NCBI GenBank assembly: GCA_051530055.1
Contig: CM121341.1
Span: forward strand, 8,286,784-8,350,783
Direction: 5' to 3'
Source: Neoechinorhynchus agilis
Lineage: Eukaryota; Animalia; Acanthocephala
Length of the DNA stretch: 64,000 bases
Positions within the stretch are counted from its first letter, which is position 1. Each line of letters begins with the position of its first letter. Positions 23,980 to 36,189 of this stretch are shown here, in pieces. The translations under genes and the position numbers were made by a program. The notes beneath the pieces are model-generated. The model saw only the letters and a list, made by a program, of their open reading frames with translations, was not told the origin of the DNA and made no database searches.

Positions 23980-25701
23980 ATGGAGTCTGAACTAGATGAG
24001 GACTGGTATGATTACCTTGAATCCGACAACTTGTATGAATACGACCAAGATGATCATTTCCAAGCACAAAATGACATTACCAATAAAGAAAAATATAGAA
24101 CCACAGACTATTCGTTGAATTCCCCACTAATTGATGATATAATGTGTGGGGCCTACGAGCGACTGCATTCGGGTAAAGAATCTAGACCAGGAACCGTTTT
24201 GAATCACCTAATAAGATTCATGAAATCTATTGATCAACTTCCCGACGATCCCAGAAATTTTCACTTGAACTTGTTCAATTTCATCTCTACTTCAAGGATT
24301 GACACCAGGTGTAGCTATCGTGGCTTTGATGATGTGATTAATGTCCGTCCTCTTATTGTTGCAACAGAGTCCAATAGATATTTGGATGAAGTATTTTTTG
24401 CATTCTCTAAAACAAAGCTGGGCTGTCCACATGAGGAAAACATTCTTGGGCATTATAGGGGCAAATTGAATCAAATAATGGCCAATAATTGCTTCGATGT
24501 ATCATTTTACTGGAACGGGTGCCAGTACTTTCAATTTGTTGTCTACCTGATAAACAGTGTAGATGAGAGACTGAAGCGTTAAAGAATACAATAAACTCCA
24601 CTCCTAACTTAAAACTTACCATTCTTAATGATTACATTCAAAAGCTTGAAAATCCCATATTTGGAGCAACATTCACGTCTCGGGGAGTGGCATTTAATAA
24701 TAAAATCAATATTGCCTGCACTAGAGATTATATACTCTGTATTCAAGATATATTCTCATCTAGATTTTTCTGCTTGTCATCAACTATAGTTGAGAGAAAG
24801 AACATAAGGCCCCTTTTTGGATCACTTCTATCAGAAATTTATACAAGAGTGGATAAAATTTACCAAGAGCATGGTAATAGTGTTTACGGGTTTGGGAAGA
24901 TGTGGGAAGCCCTATGTTATGACTTATTGCTTAAACATGCCAATGCGTTAGATCCTCTAATAGCTTTTGAGGATTTTGGTATATTCATCAAGAATCTGAT
25001 CAGTTAACACATGAATTCGGATCTTCTGTTAAAGATGTATTAAACATCCTCCATTCAAGCGACTTATCGGTGCATGAGACAGTCTTTTTGGGAGGTTGCT
25101 TCAGGCACTGGGGACATCCTACGATTGATTACGTGAAAGGGCTCACAGCTCTTCATGAAAATGTCACGTGCAAAAAAACTGTCGATTTAGAGTACATGGA
25201 TAAATTGGCTAGTGACTTGGCACACAAATTACTCACGCATCATTACTACAGGACTCGCAGTTGGCCAGAAATTAGAAGTCTAGGAGAATTGCAGGATCTA
25301 TTAGAAAACAATGTTCAAACGGGCACATGGCCTAATAAACATATTGAACTGAAGGTGGGGGACAGATGGCACTTGATTGACTTTGAACCATTGTTTGAAG
25401 TCCCGAAAAAGATCAATCTAGCAGATATTATTGATGATAAAAGTCATTCTTTAGGAAGGAAAGATTTAGAAAGGGCTCTGAAGTTGCATAAAAACATTGG
25501 TATGATGGAAGACAGAAGGGTATTACTTAGAATGTTAAAGGAAGAAAAATTTGAATTCCTGAATTTCTTACACAAGATTGACCTCTATGGTTTTGATGAA
25601 GATGACATTGTAATCGGTTTGAGAGCTAAAGAAAGAGAAATGAAGATTCAAGGGAGATATTTCTCACTTATGTCTCCTAATATGATAATTTATTTTGTAG
25701 C
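23980..25701 (+). pseudogene. L: Rhabdovirus-like L polymerase, N-terminal ~570 codons, two frameshifts, truncated after pre-motif A
   Basis: DYSLNSPLIDD, CFRHWGHPTIDY and DDIVIGLRAKEREMKIQGRYFSLMS match rhabdovirus L (DYNLNSPLI, FRHWGHP, GLKGKERELK..GRFFSLMS). Frameshifts near 24579 and ~24975. The sequence switches to the right IR arm at 25702, and no GDN motif is present. Confidence 0.93.
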
Positions 25702-28700
25702 ATCGCCACTAATCATTTCAGAAAGTCTGAATGATATCTTGATTTTAGAACTTGATAAGGAACACTTTATCCCACCAGCATTAATTTGCAAGCGTCGTTA
25801 GCACTACAGTAAGTAGAGCATCCTTTTTAATGTACGATCCGAACAACACAAAGGAACACCAAACAAAACGACCTCGGGTTCAACCGGCAGATAAGAATGT
25901 GGCAAGAGGACGACAGGCTACACTGATAAGCACAAGAGACATTCCGTGCTCGTCCCAAATTCGTATCCGCCCAACGAATACAATTAACTGCCTCAAATCA
26001 GATATCAAGTGACATTTGCGAGGAGCTACATACAATGGAGCCTACGAACACAAATATACCACGGAAACATCCAATAAAATGGTCCTGGACAACAATTTGC
26101 ATTTCAGTACCAAATAACGTTATACCCCAACTTACCATTAAACATCAAATTTGGTCATGGCCCGCATCGACCAAAAATGAATAATGGAATGGGAATACAC
26201 AATACAAACTTTCCAGCCAACGTGAATGCTTCAATGGTGAACAGTTATTTTGGAAATCAGATTACAAATTTCACCCCACAACAAATAACACCCGGAGCAA
26301 CTGGTCCAACGAGATTGCTGAATCCCACGAAGGTGCATGCGGATTAACGTTATAAAAACCAATTCGCAGCTCACGAAATAAATCCAGTTAGAAACACGTG
26401 TTCGAACCCCAATGAAATAAAGGCTTTTATTAACCAAATAAATAAAGACGTTAGGAAAATGGCGCAATCCCAGGACGCTACTGGCGAAATTGAAGCACCT
26501 GGGAGAGAGCACACGACTAAGAAATTCATTGGGAAATCACCGGGCGTAACAATCGGCTCGCGCTTTGTTGATAATCGGCAAATGCCATGGCGCACAATCG
26601 CGTAAAAGAAAATCAAAGGGACCACTTCTGAAGGTGGAAGTCTTCCATTCATACAAACGGGAGTAGGAAGCCGAAACTTAAGGATGTTTGTTAACAGCCC
26701 GGAGAAAGCAGAGCTCCATGACAATAAAAAGTAACCTTAAGGAAGGTGAAGATAATGTAATCAACAGTCATGTCGAGATTTATGAGTGGTGGAATGAGCC
26801 AACTGAATACGACTTTTATATCTAAGAAAGTCAATTGAATGTAGTTTTAGAAGGCGATGTTGATGCAGAAGCTCAAGATAGTGCCAGACAATCGGTGCAT
26901 TGTGGCGGTCACAGAAATTCGTCCAAGGTCGATGGTCCCGATAGATTTGGGAAGTTGCACCAAAAACGAATATAATGAGAATATTGGACGAAGTAACCGG
27001 AGTTAGGAATAAGAATAGTTAGATGCTATGAAATGACAATGAAGACGAACACAAAGCGCGAATCATTTATGGTCGTAATTATTTACTATAACTCGAATGT
27101 TCAAGTCTCAAGAATTCCTGCACACGAAATAGACGCGTGTGCGTGGCAGAAATAAACAAAAACTCCAGAATGAAGCTATATTTCGCCTAAAGCAGGTCAG
27201 CTACGAGAATCTTTGATTCGGATGAAACAGATAAAGCGCAAATGCTAATGAGAACAAATAGTCAAAAAACAATTCCCACGATGATGTAACAGCGATCCGA
27301 CAAAAAAACCGTTACGACGATGGCTCCCGTCGAATATCAAACTGAATTCCATTCAAACTGCGCCGCATTACTCTCGTCAAGTACCAACCTTTTCACCACG
27401 CTCCAAATCCGCAGAATACCTCAAGTAGGTCAAAGCAATTACACTGCTCAATGAAACGAAAATTCAGAGCAACGACTGCAAAGAGTGATGTCAAATGCTT
27501 TCTTAGTGTGCACAACCATTTCACTAAAACACGAAAGAATCACACCAATGAGTTATGTGACGTATTTAGATTTAATTAGGAATTTTAATCATAAAAACTG
27601 TTTCTCGCTCAGAAAAAAGAGTTTACTAAAATTTAGAAATGTGCTGTTCTTGAAGGTGGTTTCGATTTTTTAAAGATGCTGATTTTCAAAACAAGCAATC
27701 TACAAACCGGATGAAGGGGCAGGTTACATTTTGCTTTTTTTCTATTTGAAATTTTTTGATCTTAGCTCGACTTCATGCCGCTATTTTATCTGACGACTGG
27801 TCTCGTGGCATTACTCAAATTCGGATTGCGCTGCAGTTCGCTTACTAGTTGCGAATCAATGACAAACCTTGGTTTTGTCGGAATTATAAGACGAAATATC
27901 GGAAATAAATCAGTTAATTTAAATTCGGATGGCAAAACCAATAAATAGAAAATTGTGTTGATCAATGCTCGTCAGCATACTTTGTACTACGAGCACGCGA
28001 ATTTCACCAATAAATTCATTTTATTGATAGTTGCAACCTAATTAACCTCCCCGATGACTGTTTTATTTGTAAGAATTTTCGTCTGCATGCAGACTTCTTC
28101 AAGTATCCAGAATATGACATGGTGAGTGTAGCTTGGGCAGAACTCGGGTGCCCGGGGTTGTTAGGCCCGCGGGTGATCTGTCACCCCCCCTGAGCAGGTC
28201 TTAGTTTGTAGGGAATCTTCGGCCTCCAGCTTGGGGAATGCATGCAGACGAAAATTCGTTCAAATAAATCAGTCATCGGGGAGGTTAATACGGTTGAAAC
28301 TATCAATAAATTGGAATTCCCCCCCCCCGATTGAAATCAAAGACACAATAAATTCATCGAACATTATTGTCTTTATTTCATTCAAAGTATTCCTCTCGTC
28401 GGGTGTTTTACGTGGATTGAATGATATCTTCAGCCTTAGTTTTTTGGTGATTAATCTGGCTTAGTATAAACGCGGGTAATCTTGTTTTAGGAAACAATTA
28501 AAGGCTATTACTATTCAACTCATCAGCATCTATGCTTGAAGCTAACATTCGGTTTAATTCTGCTCCATATAACGTCGTTGAGTGAATAATAATTCTTGAT
28601 CATCGATGAAATTACTTCCAATTAGGACCGAGCGGCTTACAACTGCATGCATCGTTGTTCCATCATCGATTCTCCCCCATATCTTCCGATAAAAATCTGC

Positions 28701-31700
28701 TTGATTTTCATCGTCTTCTTAAAACTAAAATGGGACGCATTGAAAGTGAATCAGATCTTGAGTTTGCATATACAATCAACAAGGTTTCAGGAGAGTTTTT
28801 GAAATATCTCCATTTCTATTTGGACGATGTATGGAATCTTTTGAAAGAAATTTTAGATCACTTCTTTAAACCTCACTTGATTAGATTTGTCTCACGTTGA
28901 TACGAGAAGAAAATATCCGAAGTAGATTATTGGACTAAAGTCAATTTAGCACATCCATTTAATTGGTCAACTGTGATTGTTCCGTCGATGGAAAAGATTA
29001 GGAATTATCTAATAACGCCTAAAGATACTATTGCACGAGCTAAACTTTTGACGGAAGCTTGCAAAAGGTATGTGTAAAGGTTGAGTTTTAAAACTTAAAA
29101 ATTTCCTGAGCTTTTAAGTCATTAATTGCATTCAGCATGTCTTCCATTTCATTACTCTTGTGAAAATATCAGATCCTTAAAAGCCTAATATTTTCGAAAT
29201 ATTATGGCAATGTCTCATCCACGTTGTGTTTTGATGCAGCTGATTTCCTTATCAGTTCATATTTTGTCTCTTTTTGTCTCATTGTGTTTACGCTTCCCAA
29301 TTTTTCATCGTTTTCATAATTAATCGTAAAATCAATAATAGTCGCAGTCTTGTTTCTGGAATCAACTAATATCAGGACTTGTTGGAATAGTTGTTCTTTT
29401 CATCATAATGTACGCTATTTAAAACAACTTCTGCGTCTGGCTTCCGGTATATCTAACTACAGCGATTATCGACCCTTGCCATGACCGAGCGTACTTCAAG
29501 TAACTGTAGCCACAGCTTCACCGTTGTATTGTTAGTGATTGCCTTGCCAACGATCTAATGGACCTTTCGTGAAGTTGTCGATCCCGTTTAAACTCAAGAT
29601 GAGCGATGAAGCTTCTTTTTCTGTGATTATGTATTCCGATCCGATAAATCCGGGTATCCATAGCCACCACTTCAGTTTCAGAGAGATCTAATTTTTTCAA
29701 ATGTTCAATTATGGCTATGCCATCACATTTCAATTCTGAATTGAGTTTCTTTAACTCTGGCTTCAAAAAGATTTCGAATGATGGGAATTACAATTAAGGA
29801 TGCGGACTTTATGACAAGTCTAAGAGAAATCCATCCATACAATACTCCATACCTTATAAAAAATTTAACCGTGAAGAGGCACCGTAGCTTCGGCAATTCC
29901 CAAGAAATTCATCAGGATCTCCAACCGCGACCCTCCATGGATAACCCTTATTTTAAAACTTCTACAATGGCAAGCTTCTAAGGCCCATCGCAATAACTCT
30001 CCATTTACAAAAGGCACTTTCTAACAAAATGCTTATCGCCCGCAAAAACTTCCTTTCCTCTAAAATTCGATCAGGTGGCAACTCAACATGGTGGCGCCCG
30101 TCAAGGACTCTCTTGGTATACGCCACCCGACTCCCTTCCCTAATTTGTCCTGCACTGAATAAAAACAGGTTCTAGATTCCATTAATCAGAACCTCTGCCC
30201 TGACTCAATTTACAATCACTGCTGCCAACTCGCCGATACTCCCCTTAGTTTACTTATACTAAGTACTAAAGTATCCCATGAAATTACCTGAAAATTCGTG
30301 CTCTCAATTCGAAATCCCAAACTGGGCTCTTCGTTGCATCGTCCTCGAACTAATAGACCCTCTTATCCTCATTGTAAATCGCAGCTTTTTATATGGCATC
30401 TAACCCTCGTGCCTCAAAACTGCCAAAGTAATACTCGTTCCAAAAAAAGGCATCCTACTTCGGCCGAATCATTCCGTCCAATCTGCATTATATCCGCTCT
30501 TTCAAAAATCATCAAAAAATGTTTTAAATCTCGCCTTCTTCCACTTCTCCACAAAAAGTTATCGCCACTACAATTTCGCTTCCGACCCGAATTTTCTGCT
30601 AGCGATACCCTACTTTGAATTTATGACACGCTTCTACGTAACCTCGACAATAATTCCTCCCACGTCACCCGTCTCATTCAACTTGATTTATCTAAAGCTT
30701 TCGACTCAGTGGACCATTCACTCCTCCGGGCCTGCTCCGATTTTGGTTTCCACTTGTGGCAGATCCGCTGGCTCGAATCTTATCTTCACAATCGCAAACA
30801 ATACATTCACAGCCGTTCTACCTCTTCTATCGGACTATCCCTCTCCAAAGGCATATCTCAGGGTGCTGTATTGCCACCACTTCTTTTTAGTATATTAATA
30901 AACGACCTCAAACCTCTTTCCTCTCGCTCTAAACTCTTCTTATACGCCGACGATATCACCCCCATCACCCATTCATCACCCCATCTCCCCCTTTCTTTTA
31001 GCCTGTAAAGAAATCACACACACAAAAGATTTCTGCACCAATCACAAACCCCATCTCAATTTCTCTAAATGCTCCGAAATGATCCCATCTCTCTACCGCA
31101 AATCCACAACATCCCCTGAGCTTCTAAATGACATTCTACGAGTCACCTCCCTGAGAATTCTGGGTATCCAATTTCAATCAAATTTGAAATGGAACTCGCA
31201 CATCACTCTCTCCCTCAAGCACAACATTTTTAAACTTTATCTTCTCAAACGCCTGCGACATTTAGGAATCCCTTCACCCGACCTCTACAAATTTTACTTC
31301 CGCTTAATCTTACCATCCCTCACCTACGGTTACCCCGTATTTTGCAAACTTTCCAAATCGCTAATCCGCCGTTTTGAAATTCTTCACAAAAGAGCATCTA
31401 AAATTTGCACAGCTGGTTTTCCCCCTCTCACCGAATGCCTTGATGCTATTTTCATAAAACAATCAAAACGCCTCTCAACCCTACCACCACAATTTTTTCC
31501 ACATATCGCTCCCTTTTCACACGAGCACAGCACTCGTAATCCTAATTCGTTTCATCCTCCTATACCTCGCAACTCCTTATATCTACGCTCCATTTTCCAT
31601 GCTGCCCAATCTTCTCGGATATCATAACCAGAAGTGATTCTGAGGAAAGATCAACCTTAGAAGCACTCCTGCAAACAATATCCGCCAATTCCCAACAGAA

Positions 31701-32958
31701 CGGACATCACATTCCCCGGTACCTTACATATCGACATAACAAAACTTGATATTCCCACCCGAACGGGCATACAAAAAATATCAATATATCTGTGTGTTTA
31801 TGAGGACCCAAAGGTACATGGGTCCTCTTCCTTGTAAATCAACAAATAAAACGTGTTATTATAATGGCGTCATTTTCTACACTTGCGATTAAGCTTAGCT
31901 ATTGTCGCATTGATAATCTGTTCGCCGGTCATTCATTTCTTAGGTCAAACTATATAAATTGTAAAGTGAAAAACCTAGAATGGTTCTCTTTTGCCCCAAT
32001 CAAATGCATGAAAAGTTACAATTTCCTCAGTAAGCGAAAAAGGAGAGCTCGAAGAGTAAATACGATGAGCGATTCATTAAGTATCGACCATCACAGTGAA
32101 GAATATTTTCTTATCAATGAAACTGAGCAAAATTTCGAATGGTTTGTCGACAACGAGGTTGTTGTAAATTAAATTACAAATAGAAAATTAAATTTTTCTG
32201 CTGAATTGTGAAAATAATGCGGAAAACATTTTTAAGTTTGAAAATCTGAAAAGACGATTTAATTCCGGAGAAGACAAATGGTTAGGAGAGCTCGACGGGG
32301 TAATTCGTAAGCAGCTGGGACATATATTGAATGTCAAATTTTCTGACACAGGTTGGCTGGTGGTTTGGGAGTTCGCACCACTTAAGACGTCGCTTTACCT
32401 GCCTTCCCCTTGCCGGGCAAGTAAAGTCTATGTCCATGCCATTTTTGGCACATCAGTGAAGGATTTGATCTTTGCCACGGGATTATCTCAATAGCATCAA
32501 TTAACAAGCATCAACCAGCTCCCCGCAAATGAGTGCAAGCAGTCGTCTTGGGACATTCCTCTCGTTCAGAAGATTCACAACTCTTTCAAAGATATTCTGG
32601 ATGAGGTGTCTCAGGTCCGGCTGGTAGCCTGTTCCACGAAGGAGCCGGGAGCGTGGCTGAATGCTCTCCCTGTAGGTAAACTTGGAAATCTCCTTGCTGA
32701 CTCAGTCGTCAGGATCGCAATATCCTTGAGATTAGGTCTACCGATTTGCATCCCGCATCGCTGCCGCTGCGGCACTATAGTGGACTCTTCGGGGAGACAC
32801 GGTCTCATATGCAAGACGTCATCGGGACGATTTCCAAGGCATGCTGAAATCAATGCCATTCCGAGTAGGACTCTAAAAACGCTTTCCCTCCAAAACATTC
32901 TAGAACCCACTAATCTTTGTAGATTAGATGGAAGACGCCCTGATGGCGTGACCGTATT
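25702..32958 (-). repeat. Right arm of 7,257-bp inverted repeat (probably the derived copy)
   Basis: Reverse complement of 10952-18208 with scattered substitutions and no net indel. Its CRE fragment (~32260-32958) is cut at RPDGVTV, whereas the left copy continues intact beyond the arm. Confidence 0.97.
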
Positions 32959-33473
32959 GCGGAAGGGTGCGCTTCGAACCCCTGGAAACTTCCCAGCAAG
33001 ACTGGGCCCTGTCCTGTCGCGTCGACTGCGGTGAACGCCCTAGCACAATGTTGAGCTTGTTTTAAGGACACAATCATGGTTGGGTTAGCGGCGAAAGTGA
33101 TCTTAAAACCTCCTGATCGACCTGTCGCTCGGTCTGTCACCAGGAGGCACCACGAGGAGGAACGGACTGGCCTCCAGTATTTCTGCTAGACTAATGTAAT
33201 GATTCAGATAGTCGTATATTTGCTTTAAAAATATCATCCCGGCACGCAAATAATTTCGTTGTTGGGTGCAACTAATTTGCTAACGGTTGAGTTTTGCGTA
33301 TAATTCGATGTCTTCGGTGATAAGTACTACTCACAATAAAAGCTTTTCTCCAGATTCTCGGCTCTGCACACGAAGCGGCATATACGATTCTTTGTTGTTA
33401 GCAAAAAGCCGGATGACTAGTCACTAAATGTAAGTCCCGTTCTATATTCAAAAAGAGAAGTACATTGGCTTGA

Positions 33474-35145
33474 ATGAATACCAACTCCGAAATAGTTACG
33501 CCTACGGATTCTACTCAAGTCGGGTGGACTTTTTGGTTAACTATATCGTGTGTGACGGTAACAATGTCCGCTTCGTTTGCATTCGGATACGGAATCGGTG
33601 CGCCTAACCTGTACACTGACTTCACTGAACCTTTCTTAAGGAGTAAATTCGGTCCATGCGATGTTCTCAATGTATATGTCCGAAGAATTTACAATTGTTC
33701 GAATCAAGAGCCAACCAGCGATACCACTACAAGCATTAAAAACGAACTTCTAAACGGCCTTCCTCAGACTATATTTATCCTCGGCTGCTTTAAATTAAAT
33801 GAATATTGATTATAATTAGCGGATATCGTTTATAAATCAATAAGCATTTCATATTGGATCTCTAACAGGCGGATACTTTTCACAGACTCAAGAAAGTGGC
33901 CATATATCGAGATTATTTACGAGAAGAAGGGCGTTTCATTTCAATTTTCCGTTTATCTATGCAAGTTCAATTCTAATGATGGCCGCTTATTTCATCAAAT
34001 CTCCATTTCTTTTTTATTTATCCCGTCTATTTCACGGATATCAAAGCGGAATGGCTTGTGCGATCGTGCCTGTTTATATAAACGAGATATCCTCAAAAAA
34101 GATCCGTGGTTCAGTTGGAGTAATGCATGAAGGCTTCATTACAATCGGTATTTTCTTGGCACAGGTAATAGCGTTCGGATTGGCAGGATATCGAACATGG
34201 GTTTATGGGATGACGGTTGTCACAATTCCGTGTTTGATCGCACATTGTATGATTCCCATTCTCCCCGATAGTCCGGAACAGCTAATCCTAGTAAAAGACA
34301 ATGATGTTGAAGGTATAAAGGCCCTTCGCAGACTCAGAGGCGTTGAAGATGTAAGTGCAGATATTGCTCTAATTCAATCTTCATCATCGAGTGAAAGTTC
34401 AAACGAAAAGGTTAAATCCATTATGGAAATGATCAATAGTACACAAACTAAATGGGCGGTCATAACTAGTCTTGCTATTTTAACAGTTCAAGCGCTTTCA
34501 GGTATCAATGCGATCTTCTTCTATTCCAGTAAAGTTTTCAAAACTGCCGGTATAAATGACGATAATCTTCCTTACGCAAATGCATCCACTGGACTTTTGA
34601 ACGTTTTGCCCACTTTAGTAGCAGTTTACTTGATTGAAAAAGCAGGTCGTAAAGCTCTTCTCATTTATCCAATGACAGGAATGCTTTTTGTGTTTGTTGG
34701 GCTCACCGCCACTATTCAACTAAATGAAAGTAGACAATCTGCAGCGCTTGGAATCGTTTCAGTTTTACTCACGTTAATATTTATATGCCTGTTTGCAGTC
34801 GGACTTGGACCAATCGGTTTCATTTACCCCAATGAAGTTATAAGACAATCGTCCCGGGATAGTGTTCTAAGAGCTGGATTATGTTTGAACTATGCCGGAA
34901 ACCTTCTTATATCCCTTTTGTTTCCTGCAATTAATGCAGTATTGAGAGGCTACTCTTTCATGCTTTTCTTCACAATTGTAGCTATGGGACTCGGTTTGCT
35001 ACTTGCAAAGATGCCAGAGACTAAAAACAAAACCGTTGAAGAAATCGAAAGGTTTTGGTTGAAGAGTAAAACGATTCCACATGAACAAACAACCCCTTTC
35101 TCTGTTTCAGCTAAACTAAGACAATCTGAAGGACCAACTGTTTAA
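33474..35145 (+). CDS. Facilitated sugar transporter (SLC2A/GLUT family, MFS), two exons, predicted intron 33784-33868
   Basis: SFAFGYGIG, SRLFHG, VPVYINEISSKKIRG, LPDSPE, QALSGINAIFFYS, EKAGRK, FAVGLGPI, PETKNKTVEEI. The exon join needs a GC donor. Confidence 0.9.
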
Positions 35146-36189
35146 TTAAAAAAATTGTTTTATGTGTATGAATAATTTTGAAATAAGTTTCGCATGAGCG
35201 CACGTACGTGCAACTACAATTCAATTTTCACAAAACAATGGTATTTGCTTCATCAAAAACACTCCGTCAGGCTCATAACAACCTATTGTTTCTCAAATCG
35301 ATTACACTTTTAACCTTAGTTCTGATCGCCTTGAATGATTTTTATTTACTATGCTTACAATCGAGTCTTCGGATAATTGTCCGAACTTTCAATGAATCCA
35401 TTTGTCCGTTTGGATTGTTTGTTACGCTCAGTCTAATGTCAACATGTATTCCTCTCTCCAAATCATCCGGATTCGATCCGACATGGAAGTTTTTGAGTGG
35501 CGTCAGCATTATAATGGAATGGCTGACTGCTATCAGGACGTGCCGATGGTCTTTATGTTATGCAGAGTCGTATCTTTTAAAGACTGGAATGTATTTAACA
35601 GTCGTTATTCATGGTGGCCAATTCGCAATTGGCTGCTTGTTCTGTGGATCGAGAAACTTTAAAAGAATGTCAAGATTCTAAGGAAAATAACGCTGAATGA
35701 TGAAAATATTGTTCATTTTTAGAAAATTATCTAATTTGTGCGAGGTGTTTTTTTAAAAGGACTTTAGGTTTTGGAATCACGTCTAATTGTTGATAAAAGA
35801 GGAAATAAAGATGACTTAGAACAATTAACTTCAGAAACATATAATTGTCAAATTTTACTCAATCAAGATTTGTAAAGTGAATGCATTTCGATGACCAATG
35901 CCGATTCACTAAAATGACATGGAAACAAAAGCAGCAACTAAAGACCAAAGAACTCACGAAATTGTGGTGCTATGATTTTGTAGGACGAAGCAAATATTTC
36001 TTCAACTATACTGCTTTGCTAAAAAAAGGATCTGAAATAAACCATCTAAACATGCAAATAATGAGAATATTTGTAACATCTTCCATTATTCTATATAAAA
36101 CCTTAAATTTTAATTCTTCTCATTGTATTTTGATAAAAAAATTAGTTTTGAATAACAACAACGGGATTTATTCGTCAAGAGTCCATTTT

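Noticed and set aside
10952-32958. Giant DNA transposon (Polinton/Maverick or composite transposon) with long TIRs
   Set aside because: The arms are mosaics of decayed retroelements and the outer end cuts mid-ORF. No integrase, pPolB, transposase or TSD is visible.
35208-35681. 157-aa hydrophobic ORF downstream of the transporter as a gene
   Set aside because: It starts at a non-ATG codon and no family was recognised. It could be a small spliced gene, but the sequence alone does not support a call.
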